Assembly: GCA_036676245.1 (NCBI GenBank)
Contig: JAKFDH010000138.1
Coordinates: 44,391-108,390, forward strand
Origin: Massilia sp.
GTDB lineage: Bacteria; Pseudomonadota; Gammaproteobacteria; Burkholderiales; Burkholderiaceae_D
Direction: 5' to 3'
DNA length: 64,000 bases
Translations under genes and position numbers: made by a program
Notes under the pieces: model-generated
What the model saw: the letters and a program-made list of their open reading frames with translations, nothing else
What the model was told of the DNA's origin: nothing
Database searches by the model: none
Shown here: positions 9,432 to 19,900 of the stretch, in pieces
Position numbering within the stretch: the stretch's first letter is position 1
Layout of the letters: each line of letters opens with the position of its first letter

Positions 9432-10526
9432 TTATGCGGGGCTGAACAGGAAGTTCAGCACGTCGCCATCCTTGACCACGTATTCCTTGCCCTCGGCGCG
9501 CATCTTGCCCGCTTCCTTGGCGCCGGCCTCACCCTTGTACTGGATGAAGTCATCGTAGGAAATGGTCTGGGCGCGAATGAAGCCGCGTTCGAAGTCGGTG
9601 TGGATCACGCCGGCCGCCTTTGGCGCCGTGTCGCCCACATGGATGGTCCAGGCGCGCACTTCCTTGACGCCGGCGGTGAAATAGGTCTGCAGGCCGAGCA
9701 GGTTGTAGGCGGCGCGGATCAGGCGGTCCAGGCCAGGCTCTTCCATCCCCATGTCGGCCAGGAAGGCGCCCTTGTCGGCGTCGTCGAGGTCGGCGATCTC
9801 CGATTCGATCGAGGCGCAGATCGCCACGATCGGCGCGTTCTGGCTCTTCGCGTAGGCGGTCAACTGGTCCAGCAGCGGGTTGTTGGTGAAGCCGGTGTCG
9901 GACACGTTGGCGACGAACATCGCCGGCTTGGCCGTGATCAGGCACAGCGTCTTGATCAGTGCCATGTCGTCGGCGTCCAGGCCCAGGGTGCGGACCGGCA
10001 GGCCCTGGTCCAGGTGCGGCATCAGGCGTTCGCAGATGGCGACCAGCTTGGCGGCATCCTTGTCGCCGGAACGGGCTTTCTTGTTCTCGCGGTGGATCGC
10101 CTTTTCGACGGCGGCCATGTCGGCCAGCGCCAGCTCGGTCTGGATCACTTCGATGTCGTCCAGCGGATTGATCCTGCCGGCCACGTGGATCACGTTGTCG
10201 TCTTCGAAGCAGCGCACCACGTTGACGATGGCGTCGGTCTCGCGGATGTGCGACAGGAACTGGTTGCCCAGGCCCTCGCCCTTCGACGCGCCGGCGACCA
10301 GGCCGGCGATGTCGACGAACTCGACGATCGCATTGACCATGCGCTCAGGCTTGACGATGGCGGCCAGCGCGGCCATGCGCGGATCCGGCACCTCGACCAC
10401 GCCGACGTTCGGCTCGATCGTGCAGAACGGATAGTTCTCGGCCGGGATGCCGGCCTTGGTCAGCGCATTGAAAAGGGTGGACTTGCCGACGTTAGGCAGG
10501 CCGACGATGCCGCATTGGAGACTCAT
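9432..10526 (-). CDS. ychF: Ribosome-binding ATPase YchF
   Basis: [50 protein letters not shown]. Confidence 0.97.
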   Translation of the reverse strand: MSLQCGIVGLPNVGKSTLFNALTKAGIPAENYPFCTIEPNVGVVEVPDPRMAALAAIVKPERMVNAIVEFVDIAGLVAGASKGEGLGNQFLSHIRETDAIVNVVRCFEDDNVIHVAGRINPLDDIEVIQTELALADMAAVEKAIHRENKKARSGDKDAAKLVAICERLMPHLDQGLPVRTLGLDADDMALIKTLCLITAKPAMFVANVSDTGFTNNPLLDQLTAYAKSQNAPIVAICASIESEIADLDDADKGAFLADMGMEEPGLDRLIRAAYNLLGLQTYFTAGVKEVRAWTIHVGDTAPKAAGVIHTDFERGFIRAQTISYDDFIQYKGEAGAKEAGKMRAEGKEYVVKDGDVLNFLFSPA

Positions 10527-10660
10527 TGGAAAACTTTCTGGTTCGATTGACGAGGCCGTCACGCGGGCGTGGGCCGAAACCCCATATTGTAACCGATGCA
10601 CGCCCCCTGCCCGCAGTCGGCGCGACCGCATTTAGCAAGTTGGCAACTTCGGCGCCTCGC

Positions 10661-11746
10661 TTACAGCGCCTGCACCCGCGCCATGTCCGGCCGCTCGACA
10701 AAGGCGGCAAACTCGTCGCGCAGGCGCTGGCCCTGGCCGATCGCCCGCTGCCAGTTGCGGATGCGCTCGTCGTGGTCGAGGCCGTAGTGGGGGAAGTCCT
10801 TGCGGTCTGGCAGCTTTTTGCGGGGCAAGGTGGCGATGAAGGCCGGCGTCGGCGCGACGATCAGCACATTGTCCAGCCAGCCGCGGTTCGGTCCGCGCGC
10901 GGCGCGCCGCCATGGCAGGCCCTTGTCCAGCCAGCCCGGCACGATGTGGTCGGTGAAGTGAGGGTACAGCACCAGCTCGCCTTCGGCCAGGCGCGAATAC
11001 GGCAGCGCCAGGTGGTAGTCGATGATGCCGCCGTCCCAGTAGGTGCCGGGCGGCGCGCCGGTGATGCCGCGCACCGGCTTCATCACCAGCGGCAAGGTCC
11101 CCGAGGCCAGCAGTGCATTGGCCAGGTTGCCCTGGTCGAGCGTGGAGAAGTGGGTGGTGAAGGCGTCGAACTGTTCGCGCAGCCAGGGCGCCGCGTCGCG
11201 CGCATCGCCGATAACGACCCGCTCGAGCATGTGCGCCAGGCGCGCGCGCGAGGCCAGGTTCAGCAGCGAGGCCGCGGCGAAGCCGGTGATCTCGGCGCGC
11301 CGGTGGCGCGGCGAGGCCAGCGCGCGCCGCCCGCGCACGGTCAGCAGGTGCAGCCGGTGGTGGGGATTGCGCAGGATCTCGTCCTCATGCCCGCCGACGA
11401 AGTCGCGCAGCAGCTTCTGGCAGACGGCGTCGATTTCCTCGATCGAGGGCTTGGCCGTGTAGCGCTGGCCGCAGTACAAATCGCCCAGCCGGGCGAAGGC
11501 GGCGGCCGGGTCGGCCTGGCAGGCGGCCGCCATGCGCCAGGCGCCGATCGAGGAGCCGATCAGGGTGCGCTCGCGCGGCGCGGCGGGCAGCCACTCGCCG
11601 AACACGAACTGGTCCAGCGCCTGCAGGATCAGCCCCTTGGGGCCGCCCGCCGCGCCCGGCACGATGGCCACATCCAGCGCGCGCAGGCCGTGCGACCGGA
11701 TGCGGGCCAGGGCCCTGGGACCGGCATGGAAGGAGAGTGCGTTCAT
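10661..11746 (-). CDS. Patatin-like phospholipase family protein
   Basis: ATG at 11746 (MNALSFHAG); Gly-rich GAAGGPKG, nucleophile GSSIG, catalytic DGG. Confidence 0.85.
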   Translation of the reverse strand: MNALSFHAGPRALARIRSHGLRALDVAIVPGAAGGPKGLILQALDQFVFGEWLPAAPRERTLIGSSIGAWRMAAACQADPAAAFARLGDLYCGQRYTAKPSIEEIDAVCQKLLRDFVGGHEDEILRNPHHRLHLLTVRGRRALASPRHRRAEITGFAAASLLNLASRARLAHMLERVVIGDARDAAPWLREQFDAFTTHFSTLDQGNLANALLASGTLPLVMKPVRGITGAPPGTYWDGGIIDYHLALPYSRLAEGELVLYPHFTDHIVPGWLDKGLPWRRAARGPNRGWLDNVLIVAPTPAFIATLPRKKLPDRKDFPHYGLDHDERIRNWQRAIGQGQRLRDEFAAFVERPDMARVQAL

Positions 11747-11839
11747 CCGGCGATTATCGCTGCTGGGGCGCGCTTGCGGCAAGTCAAGCGGCTGGCGCTG
11801 GCGCTTGCTTAACATGGACAGTCCCACCAGGAGCCCTTC

Positions 11840-13690
11840 ATGCCGATCCGCATCATCGCCGCCCTCGCCCTGCTGCCTGCCTGCCTGGGCGCACACGCCG
11901 CCACGGATACCGGCACCGATCCCTCGCTCGTCATCGAGCGCTACCGCCAGCATTTCGTCGTCGCCGAGGACGGCAGCTATACGCTGACGGTGGACAACGC
12001 CAAGACCATCGCCAGGCCCAGGGCGGTGCAAGAGCACAGCCAGTACTACATCAGCTACAACACGACGCTCGACGAGGTGCTCGAGGTGTCCGGCTACACC
12101 GAGAAGCCGGACGGGCGGCGGGTGCCGGTGCGGCCCGACAACATCAAAGACCAGCAGGAGTCGGCCTCGAGCGACGCGCCGATGTTCCAGGACACGCGCC
12201 TGAAGATCGTCGTCTTCCCCGATGTGGCGGTGGGCGACCGGCTGGTGGCGCACTACGTGATGAAGCGCGCCACGCCGCTGTTCCCGGGCCAGTTCGAGGA
12301 CCTGTCCTCGTCCCAGTTCTTCGTCAACAAGGACTTCAGCCTGGTGTACGACATGCCGGCCTCGATGCCCCTGTATGCGGACGCGGTGGGCTTCGCGCCG
12401 GTAGCGGCCGACAGCCCGCCCGGCCGGCGCCTGTACCGCTGGCAGTACCAGGGCGGCGCCAACGAGCGCATCGAGGCCGACTCGGTCAGCTACCTCGACT
12501 ACGGGCGCCGGCTGGCCGTGTCGACCTTCCCCGACTACGCCGCCTTCGCCCGGGCCTACCTGGCGCGCGCGGCGGACAAGGCCGCCCCGGACGGCGCCAT
12601 CGCCGCGCTGGCGCAGCGGCTCACCGCGGGCCTGCAGGGCGAACGGGCGCGCGCGCTGGCGCTGGCCAACTGGGTGCGGCGCCATATCCGCTATGTCGGC
12701 GTGTACGTCGGCGCCGGCGGCGTGGTGCCGCATGCGGCGGCCACCGTGCTGGAAAACCGCTACGGCGACTGCAAGGACCATGCGATCCTGCTGGAGGCGC
12801 TGCTGGCGGCGGCCGGCATCGACAGCACGCCGGCGCTGGTCAACAACGGCAATGCCTACCGGGTGCCGGCCACGCCCACGCTCGGCGTGTTCAACCATGT
12901 CATCACCTTCATCCCCTCGCTCGCGCTGTTCATCGATGCGACCGCGGAATCGATCGCCGCCGGCTACCTGCCCGCGGGCGTGCTGGACAAGCCGGTGCTG
13001 CTGGCCAAAAGCGGCACGATGGCGCGCACGCCGTTCAACCAGCAGGAAAAGGACCATACCAGGGTGCGCTTCGAGGTGCGCATGGACGGGCGCAGCGACT
13101 TCAGCGTATCGAAGCTGACGGCCGGCGCGACCGCCGAAGCCTTTCGCCAGGCGGTGCGCGACACCAAGGAAGCGGACCGTGCGCAGTTCGTCGAGCGGAT
13201 GCTGCAGGGGATAGGGCAAAAGGGCTTCGGCAGTTTCGATCCCGGCCAGCTCGATGGCAGCGGCGACGAATACAGGATGGCGTTTCGCGGCACCAGCGAG
13301 AACTTCGCCAACATGCCGGGGCCGACCGGGCTGGCCACCACCTTCAACTTCTGGGGCGGCGTGGGGGAAGCGGTGATCGGGCTGGCGCAGGAAAAGGAGC
13401 GCAGGCAGGACTTCACCTGCCCCGCCATCGACGCCGAGGACGAGACCGGGTTTGCGTTTCCGAAGGGGGTGAGGATCCTGGCGCTGCCGAAGCCGGTGGC
13501 GCTCGAGGACGCCAATTTCAGCTACAAGGCCAGCTATGTGCGCAAGGCGAACATGGTGACCGTCAGGCGCAGCATCACCTTCCGGCACGATGGCATCGTG
13601 TGCACGCCGGCCGACCACAAGCGCATGGCGCCGGTGGTGGACCGGATGATGCGCGACTTGCGCAGCCAGATCATCGTGCAGGCGTCGTGA
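11840..13690 (+). CDS. Exported DUF3857 + transglutaminase-like domain protein
   Basis: Signal peptide; IRYVGV, GDCKDH (catalytic Cys), FNHVI (His), FIDAT (Asp). Confidence 0.85.
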   Translation: MPIRIIAALALLPACLGAHAATDTGTDPSLVIERYRQHFVVAEDGSYTLTVDNAKTIARPRAVQEHSQYYISYNTTLDEVLEVSGYTEKPDGRRVPVRPDNIKDQQESASSDAPMFQDTRLKIVVFPDVAVGDRLVAHYVMKRATPLFPGQFEDLSSSQFFVNKDFSLVYDMPASMPLYADAVGFAPVAADSPPGRRLYRWQYQGGANERIEADSVSYLDYGRRLAVSTFPDYAAFARAYLARAADKAAPDGAIAALAQRLTAGLQGERARALALANWVRRHIRYVGVYVGAGGVVPHAAATVLENRYGDCKDHAILLEALLAAAGIDSTPALVNNGNAYRVPATPTLGVFNHVITFIPSLALFIDATAESIAAGYLPAGVLDKPVLLAKSGTMARTPFNQQEKDHTRVRFEVRMDGRSDFSVSKLTAGATAEAFRQAVRDTKEADRAQFVERMLQGIGQKGFGSFDPGQLDGSGDEYRMAFRGTSENFANMPGPTGLATTFNFWGGVGEAVIGLAQEKERRQDFTCPAIDAEDETGFAFPKGVRILALPKPVALEDANFSYKASYVRKANMVTVRRSITFRHDGIVCTPADHKRMAPVVDRMMRDLRSQIIVQAS

Positions 13691-13704
13691 CACAAACGCG
13701 GACC

Positions 13705-13770
13705 GTAGGGCGGATGAGCGCAGCGATATCCGCCGGGCGCCACGTTGACGCATGCATGGCGGAAGTCGCG
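13705..13770. repeat. GTAG-type REP (family B) plus a truncated second unit
   Basis: GTAGGGCGGATGAGCGCAGCGATATCCGCC between convergent genes; related to the element at 38664. Confidence 0.65.
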
Positions 13771-14355
13771 TTACGCGGTATGCAGCTGCATCGTCGCTTT
13801 CTCGAACTGGCCTTCGACCGTCAGCGCAATGATGCGCAAGCTCTTGTCGATCGACTCGTCGATCAGCGGCTGTTCTTCCTTGCGCGGCCGGTGCAGCACG
13901 AAGTCGGCCACCTGCTGCTGCGAGCCGAGCACGCGCGGGTGCCCGATGCCGAGCCGCAGGCGCCAGTAATCCTGGGTGCCGAGCGAGGCGGTCATCGACT
14001 TCAGGCCGTTGTGCCCGCCGGCCGAACCGCCCTTCTTCATGCGCGCGATGCCGGGCGCCAGATCGAGCTCGTCGTGCACGACCAGCACTTCGTCGGGATT
14101 GATCTTGTAGAAGCGCGCCAGCGCCGCGACCGACTGGCCGGACAGGTTCATGAACGTCAGCGGCTCCATCAGCCACACTTCCTTGCCGGCGATGCTGGCC
14201 TTCGCCACCATCGCCTGGAAGCGCGCTTCGCGCTGCAGCCGGCAGCCGGGCAAGCTGTTGGCGAGATGGTCGACCAGCCAGAAGCCCGCGTTATGGCGGG
14301 TCTGCTCGTATTCGGGGCCGGGATTGCCGAGGCCGGCGATGAGGCGAATTGCCAT
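13771..14355 (-). CDS. pth: Peptidyl-tRNA hydrolase
   Basis: [43 protein letters not shown]. Confidence 0.97.
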   Translation of the reverse strand: MAIRLIAGLGNPGPEYEQTRHNAGFWLVDHLANSLPGCRLQREARFQAMVAKASIAGKEVWLMEPLTFMNLSGQSVAALARFYKINPDEVLVVHDELDLAPGIARMKKGGSAGGHNGLKSMTASLGTQDYWRLRLGIGHPRVLGSQQQVADFVLHRPRKEEQPLIDESIDKSLRIIALTVEGQFEKATMQLHTA

Positions 14356-14375
14356 GCTTTTCCTTGTCAAACGTG

Positions 14376-14410
14376 AAAAAACCCGCTGGCGCGAGCCGGG
14401 CGGGTTTTTT
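14376..14410. terminator. Intrinsic terminator after rplY, possibly bidirectional
   Basis: AAAAAACCCGC...GCGGGTTTTTT hairpin with A and T tracts on either side. Confidence 0.75.
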
Positions 14411-14440
14411 CCGGGCATCCGCATTGCTGCGGCGTGCCGA

Positions 14441-15085
14441 TTACTTCTTCGCTTTTGCAGCTGGCTTGGCGGCGGCAGCGGCTGGTGCAGCTTCAGCGGC
14501 AGCGGCGGTCGCTTCAGCCGACACGTGGCCTGCTGGTACCGAAGCGGTGGCGACGGTCTGGTTCTTGCCGTGGGTCACAGCGGTGATGCCTTTTGGCAGC
14601 GGCAGGTCCGCCACGTGGATCGAGTGGCCGACGTCGATGTTTGCCAGGTCAACGTTGATGAACTCTGGCAGTTCGGATGCGACGCAGGACACGTCCAGGC
14701 TTTCCATCACGTGCGACACGGTTGCGCCGTGCAGTTTGACTGCTGGCGAGATGTCGGCGTTGATGAAGTGCAGGGCCACTTTCTTGTGGATCCTGGTCGA
14801 CGCGTCGACGCGCTGGAAGTCAGCGTGCAGGACCAGTTGCTTGAACGCGTGCATCTGGAAGTCGCGCAGCAGCACTTGCTGGGTCTTGCCGTCGATTTCC
14901 ATGTCCAGGATCGAACCGTGGAAGGCTTCTTTTTTCAGCGCGTGGTACAGCGCGTTGCCATCCAGGGCGATCAGCGCCGGGGCTTCTGCGCCACCGTAGA
15001 TGATACCTGGGGTCTGGCCGGCATTACGCAGGCGGCGGCTCGCTCCGGTCCCCTGCAGATTGCGGTTGAATGCGATAACTTTCAT
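14441..15085 (-). CDS. rplY: 50S ribosomal protein L25 / general stress protein Ctc
   Basis: [37 protein letters not shown]; lies between prs and pth. Confidence 0.96.
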   Translation of the reverse strand: MKVIAFNRNLQGTGASRRLRNAGQTPGIIYGGAEAPALIALDGNALYHALKKEAFHGSILDMEIDGKTQQVLLRDFQMHAFKQLVLHADFQRVDASTRIHKKVALHFINADISPAVKLHGATVSHVMESLDVSCVASELPEFINVDLANIDVGHSIHVADLPLPKGITAVTHGKNQTVATASVPAGHVSAEATAAAAEAAPAAAAAKPAAKAKK

Positions 15086-15124
15086 TTGAAACTCCAAAAA
15101 TGCAAGGCATTGCCATGCGTTGTG

Positions 15125-15148
15125 AACACCCCCGCGACCAGGGGTGTT
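15125..15148 (-). promoter_or_regulatory. Candidate L25 leader hairpin in the rplY 5' UTR
   Basis: Minus strand AACACCCC-TGGTCGCG-GGGGTGTT about 40 nt before the rplY start. Confidence 0.45.
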
Positions 15149-15240
15149 GAAAATGGGGGCTTGCGCTCCCATGAAACCGTAAAAAATACAAGACTTCGAA
15201 ACAGGCGTAGGGTGGCTACGCTCTCGAGCGGCCGGACATC

Positions 15241-16191
15241 TTAATCGATAAACAGCGACATCACCGAGTCGCCCTTGCTGATCCGCTTGAAGGTCTCGGC
15301 CAGCAGCGGCGCGCACGTCAGCTGGCGGATCTTGCTGCAGGCGGCGCCCGCGGCGGACAGCGGAATCGTGTCGGTCACCACCAGTTCATCCAGCGGCGAA
15401 CCCGCAATGCGGTCGATCGCCGGGCCCGACAGCACCGGGTGGGTACAGTAAGCAACGACTTTCTTGGCGCCGCGTTCCTTGAGCACTTCGGCCGCCTTGG
15501 TCAGGGTGCCGGCGGTGTCGACCATGTCATCCATGATGACGCAGTTGCGGCCTTCGACTTCACCGATGATGTTCATCACTTCCGACACGTTCGCCTTCGG
15601 GCGACGCTTGTCGATGATCGCCAGGTCGCAGCCGAGACGCTTGGCCAGCGCACGGGCGCGCACCACGCCGCCGACGTCCGGCGACACGACCAGCAGGTCG
15701 TCGTAGTTGCGCTTCTGCAGGTCGCCCAGCAAGATTGGCGATGCGTAAATGTTATCAACCGGGATATCGAAGAAGCCCTGGATCTGGTCCGCGTGCAGGT
15801 CCATGATCAGGACGCGCTCGACGCCGGCTTTTTCCAGCATGTTGGCCACTACCTTGGCCGAGATCGCCACGCGGGCGGAACGCGGACGGCGGTCCTGGCG
15901 CGCATAGCCGAAGTACGGGATCGCGGCGGTGATGCGGCCGGCCGATGCGCGCTTCAGGGCGTCGACCATCAGGATGATTTCCATCAGGCTGTCGTTGGTC
16001 GGGGCGCAGGTCGATTGCAGTACGAACACGTCCTTGCCGCGCACATTCTCGTTGATCTCGACCATGACTTCGCCATCCGAGAATTTGGAGACGACAGCTT
16101 TGCCGAGTGGAATGCCGAGGTTCTTCGCGACTCCTTCGGCAAGCGCCGGGTTAGCGTTGCCGGTAAAAACCATCAGGTTTTCGTAAGCCAT
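15241..16191 (-). CDS. prs: Ribose-phosphate pyrophosphokinase
   Basis: [48 protein letters not shown]. Confidence 0.98.
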   Translation of the reverse strand: MAYENLMVFTGNANPALAEGVAKNLGIPLGKAVVSKFSDGEVMVEINENVRGKDVFVLQSTCAPTNDSLMEIILMVDALKRASAGRITAAIPYFGYARQDRRPRSARVAISAKVVANMLEKAGVERVLIMDLHADQIQGFFDIPVDNIYASPILLGDLQKRNYDDLLVVSPDVGGVVRARALAKRLGCDLAIIDKRRPKANVSEVMNIIGEVEGRNCVIMDDMVDTAGTLTKAAEVLKERGAKKVVAYCTHPVLSGPAIDRIAGSPLDELVVTDTIPLSAAGAACSKIRQLTCAPLLAETFKRISKGDSVMSLFID

Positions 16192-16330
16192 GGGAGTCCC
16201 AGAGGTAAGCGTTGATTTCTTGAAAAGTCACAGGCCAGGCCTGCGCGGTATTCGTCGGTAGCTCGCGGGAGCGAGGCCACCGCTGCCTGCTGGACGCGGT
16301 GACCGCATCGACAGTGCCAGGCATGTTGAA

Positions 16331-16407
16331 TGGCAGGGGAACAAGGATTCGAACCTTGGTATGCTGGAATCAAAATCCAGTGCCTTAACCAGCTTGGCGA
16401 TTCCCCT
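16331..16407 (-). tRNA. tRNA-Gln (anticodon TTG)
   Basis: Minus strand AGGGGAATCGCCAAGCTGGTTAAGGCACTGGATTTTGATTCCAGCATACCAAGGTTCGAATCCTTGTTCCCCTGCCA; GTTCGAA T-loop, CCA end; usual ispE-tRNA-Gln-prs position. Confidence 0.96.
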
Positions 16408-16473
16408 ACGCAACTGACTGCTTGCCGTTACATTCGACGTATTTTATCGTCAAACCCCACGCCAAGCCAAATT

Positions 16474-17379
16474 CTATTCTATAACTGCGCCGACCTGCAA
16501 CACCGCCTCGAGCGGGTGGCGCGCCAGCGATTTTGCCTTCCATGCGCGCCATTTGGAGGGCGCTTGCGCCACAACCCCTTCGGCCTCGCTTTCGGTGGCA
16601 AACGCGCAAAACACGCACGCTCCGGAGCCAGTCATCCTGGCATCCCCATAACGCCCCAGCCACGCGACCGCCTCGGCTACCGGCGGAAACAAGCGGGATG
16701 CTACAGCTTGCAAGTCGTTCTTCCCGAACCCGCTCAGTCCGTCTTGCGACATGAGGTGCCTGGAAAAGTCCGCTATTCTGACCGGTTTCGAGTCCCTTGT
16801 CAAATCCCCGGCGCAAAAAATTGCCGCCGTGGGCACCTCGACGCCGGGTTCGACCACCACGTACCAGCGCGCCGGCACCGCCACCGGCTGCAGCGCTTCG
16901 CCCACGCCTTCGGCGAACGCGGTCTGGCCGAAGATGAAGAAGGGGATGTCGGCGCCCAGCGGCAGGCCGAGCGCCATCAGCTCCTGGCGCGACAGGCCGG
17001 CCCGCCACAGGCGGTTCATCGCCATCAGGGCGGTGGCGGCGTCCGACGAGCCGCCGCCCAGCCCGCCGCCCATCGGCAGCACCTTGTCGAGGCGGATGTC
17101 GACCCCGGGCGGCAGCTTGCCGTGGCGGCGCAGGTATTCCTGCTGCAGCAGGCGCAGCGCGCGCACGACCAGGTCGCTTTCCTGCGGCACCCCGGGCAAG
17201 TCCGTGACGCGGCGGATCGCCGCGTCGGCGCGCAGGTCGAAATGCAGGGTGTCGCCGTGGTCGACCAGCTCGAACACCGTTTGCAGCAGGTGGTAGCCGT
17301 CGGCGCGGCGCCCGTTCACGTGCAGGAACAGGTTCAGCTTGGCCGGGGCCGGGCAGTCGTGCAGCGCCATGTCCGCCAT
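16474..17379 (-). CDS. ispE: 4-diphosphocytidyl-2-C-methyl-D-erythritol kinase
   Basis: PAPAKLNLFLH, DGYHLLQT, PMGGGLGGGSSDAA, MTGSGAC. Confidence 0.97.
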   Translation of the reverse strand: MADMALHDCPAPAKLNLFLHVNGRRADGYHLLQTVFELVDHGDTLHFDLRADAAIRRVTDLPGVPQESDLVVRALRLLQQEYLRRHGKLPPGVDIRLDKVLPMGGGLGGGSSDAATALMAMNRLWRAGLSRQELMALGLPLGADIPFFIFGQTAFAEGVGEALQPVAVPARWYVVVEPGVEVPTAAIFCAGDLTRDSKPVRIADFSRHLMSQDGLSGFGKNDLQAVASRLFPPVAEAVAWLGRYGDARMTGSGACVFCAFATESEAEGVVAQAPSKWRAWKAKSLARHPLEAVLQVGAVIE

Positions 17380-17380
17380 G

Positions 17381-17989
17381 TCAGCCCTGGGCGTCGAGCA
17401 CGATGCGGATCGCCAGCGGGCCGCTGTGGGCGCTGGCGGCGCGGGTGGCGTCGATGCGTTTCGGGCGCGCGCTGGCGCCCCCTGCGGTCTCCTGCCACGA
17501 CACGAAGGTCAGCTGCCAGCCGTCGGCGGTCAGCACGCTGTTGGCGCCCGGCGAGGCCGTGAAGCGCTTGCCGCCGGCGGCCGTGGCATAGCCCTGCAGC
17601 CAATCGCGCAGGCCCGACACCGGCAGCGACCAGCCCAGCGCTTCCACGGTCAGGCCGTCGATGTCCTGCGCCACCAGCGGCGCGCGGTCGCTCTGGGTCA
17701 GCGTCGCCGATTGCGGCGTGACGCTGATCCTGGCCACGGTCTGGCCCAGCGGAGTCGCCAGGCTGACGTCGACCTTTTGTCCCTGCTGCACCCAGTTGAA
17801 CTTGACGGACAGGGTGTCCGGCTTGCCGTCTTTTTCGAAGTTGACGAACAGGCGGCCGTCCAGCTCGACCTGGTCGCGGTAGGCCGCGACCGGCAGGTTC
17901 GGCGGCGGCGCGCCGGTGCTGGCGCAGCCGGCCAGCAGCAGGCCGGCGGCGGCCAGGACAAGGCCGTGGGAAAGGTGGGATCTGGTCAT
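17381..17989 (-). CDS. lolB: Outer-membrane lipoprotein insertase LolB
   Basis: ATG at 17989; lipobox LLAGC; LGWSLPVSGLRDWLQG; sits between the TPR gene and ispE. Confidence 0.9.
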   Translation of the reverse strand: MTRSHLSHGLVLAAAGLLLAGCASTGAPPPNLPVAAYRDQVELDGRLFVNFEKDGKPDTLSVKFNWVQQGQKVDVSLATPLGQTVARISVTPQSATLTQSDRAPLVAQDIDGLTVEALGWSLPVSGLRDWLQGYATAAGGKRFTASPGANSVLTADGWQLTFVSWQETAGGASARPKRIDATRAASAHSGPLAIRIVLDAQG

Positions 17990-18006
17990 GCCGGCATTAT
18001 CGCCGA

Positions 18007-19806
18007 TCACAGGCTCAGCTGCAGACGCGCAAGCGTGCTCTTGAGCGTGTCGTTCTTCGGGTCCTTGGCGCGCGCCTCGCGCCACAGCTGGCGCGCGTCG
18101 GCCTGGCGGCCCTGGTGCCACAGCACTTCGCCGAGGTGGACCGCGATCTCGGCGTCGTTGCGCAGCGCATAGGCGCGGCGCAGGAAGTCCTCCGCCTTGT
18201 CCAGGTTGCCCAGGCGGAAATGCACCCAGCCCATGCTGTCCATGATGAAGGGGTCGCCCGGCGCCATCTGGTGCGCCTTTTCGATCAGGGCCAGCGCCTC
18301 GTCCAGGCGCACATTGCGCTCGGCCAGCGAATAGCCCAGCGCATTGTAGGCATGGTGGTTGTCCGGCGCCTGCGCCATCACCTTGCGCAGCGCCTGCTCC
18401 ATGACCTCCATGCGCCCCGCCTTTTCGGCCATCAGCGCGAAGTCGTACAGCAGGTCCGGGTTGGCCGGGAAGCGCTCGGCGCCCTGCTCCAGCACCTGGT
18501 AGGCGTCTTCCAGCTTGCCGGCGTCGCGCAGCACCTGGGCCTTGGCCAGCACCACCTGCGCCTGCTCGGACGGGGCCGCCGCCGGCAGCGCGTCGAGCAT
18601 GCTGCGCGCGCCGTCGAGGTCGCCCTGCTTGCCGAGCAGGTGGGCCTTGCGCAGCTGCGCCGTGAAATGGGTGCGCGGGTCGCCGGGGCCGACCCGGTCG
18701 AGCCAGCGGCCGGCGGCGGCGATGTCGCCGCGCTCCTCGGCCAGGCCGGACAGCATCAGCAGCACCCGGCCCGGATCGCGCTCGTCATCGGGATTGGCGT
18801 CGAGCGTATCGATGAAGCGCGCCAGGTAGCCTTCGGCCGCCACCGGGTCGTTCAGCTGCATCGACATCAGGCCCAGCGCGTACAGGGTCGCGCTGTTGTC
18901 GGGCTGGTCCTTGAGCAGCGCCAGGAACTGGGTGCGCGCGCCTTCGTACTGCTTCTGCTCGACCAGCACGCGCGCATAGGCGGTGCGCGCCGCGCGCATG
19001 GCCGGATGGGCGCGGATGAACTCGGCCAGCAGCGCGGCCACCTGCGCCTGGTCGGGCGTGACCTGCGCCAGCGTCAGCACGGCGACCTCGGAGTCGCCCT
19101 TCAGCGCCAGCGCCGCCTTCGCCTCGGCGATGGCGCGCTCGCCGTCGCCGCGCGCGAACGCGGCCTGGGCCAGCACGATACGCGTTTCCACCATCTGCGG
19201 ATACGGCGCCAGCAGGCGCTCGAGCACGGCGCTGGCGGCGTCCTTGTCGCGCGCCCGCGACAGCATTTGCTGGATCTGGAAGATGGCCTGGCCGCGCGCC
19301 GGCGGCGCCGCTTCCTGCAGGCGCAGCCGGAAGATCTGCTCGGCTTCGTCGAGCTTCTCGCCCATCACCGCCAGGCCCATGAAATACTGGGCCGCCTCTT
19401 CCGAATCGGGCGCCAGTTCGCGCCACAGGCGGATCGCGGCGATCGATTCGCCCGGCTGCTTGGCCGACAGCGCCGCCTCGGCGGCGCGGCGCGCCAGGCG
19501 CGGGTCGCGCGTCTGCTGGGCGGCGCCCATGAAGGCGATGTAGGCGGCTTGCCACTGGCCGCTGCGCAACTCGAGTTCGGCCTTCATCAGCTTGTACAGC
19601 AGCGCGCTCGACATGGCCACGTTCGGCAGCTTTTCCTTGCTGGCCGCCGCCTCGGCTTCGGGCTCGGGCGCCGCCTCGGCCATCCCCTCGGCCGCCGGGG
19701 CGTCGGCCACGGCCGCCAGCGGCGCCGGCTCGGGCGCGGCCACGGGCGCGCCGGCGCATGCCGCCAGCATGCCGGACAGGGTTACAATGACGAAAGCGTT
19801 TTTCAA
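18007..19806 (-). CDS. Tetratricopeptide-repeat lipoprotein
   Basis: TTG start, lipobox MLAAC, multiple TPRs (AYNALGYSLA, DSMGWVHFRLG); conserved upstream of lolB. Confidence 0.9.
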   Translation of the reverse strand: MKNAFVIVTLSGMLAACAGAPVAAPEPAPLAAVADAPAAEGMAEAAPEPEAEAAASKEKLPNVAMSSALLYKLMKAELELRSGQWQAAYIAFMGAAQQTRDPRLARRAAEAALSAKQPGESIAAIRLWRELAPDSEEAAQYFMGLAVMGEKLDEAEQIFRLRLQEAAPPARGQAIFQIQQMLSRARDKDAASAVLERLLAPYPQMVETRIVLAQAAFARGDGERAIAEAKAALALKGDSEVAVLTLAQVTPDQAQVAALLAEFIRAHPAMRAARTAYARVLVEQKQYEGARTQFLALLKDQPDNSATLYALGLMSMQLNDPVAAEGYLARFIDTLDANPDDERDPGRVLLMLSGLAEERGDIAAAGRWLDRVGPGDPRTHFTAQLRKAHLLGKQGDLDGARSMLDALPAAAPSEQAQVVLAKAQVLRDAGKLEDAYQVLEQGAERFPANPDLLYDFALMAEKAGRMEVMEQALRKVMAQAPDNHHAYNALGYSLAERNVRLDEALALIEKAHQMAPGDPFIMDSMGWVHFRLGNLDKAEDFLRRAYALRNDAEIAVHLGEVLWHQGRQADARQLWREARAKDPKNDTLKSTLARLQLSL

Positions 19807-19900
19807 GGCAATTCCGGAACGTAATGATCGATGCTATTGATTCTACGCCCAAGTTTTCCGTCGCGTGCGCTGGCGCGCGCCGATTCACCTATTTTTGCCC

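Noticed and set aside
10661-14176. 1171-aa ORF suggesting a giant patatin fusion
   Set aside because: Only the last 361 aa are patatin; the rest is antisense to the transglutaminase gene or out of frame with pth
16331-16407. tRNA-Gln as an island attachment site
   Set aside because: Flanked by core ispE and prs; no integrase or duplicated 3' end seen
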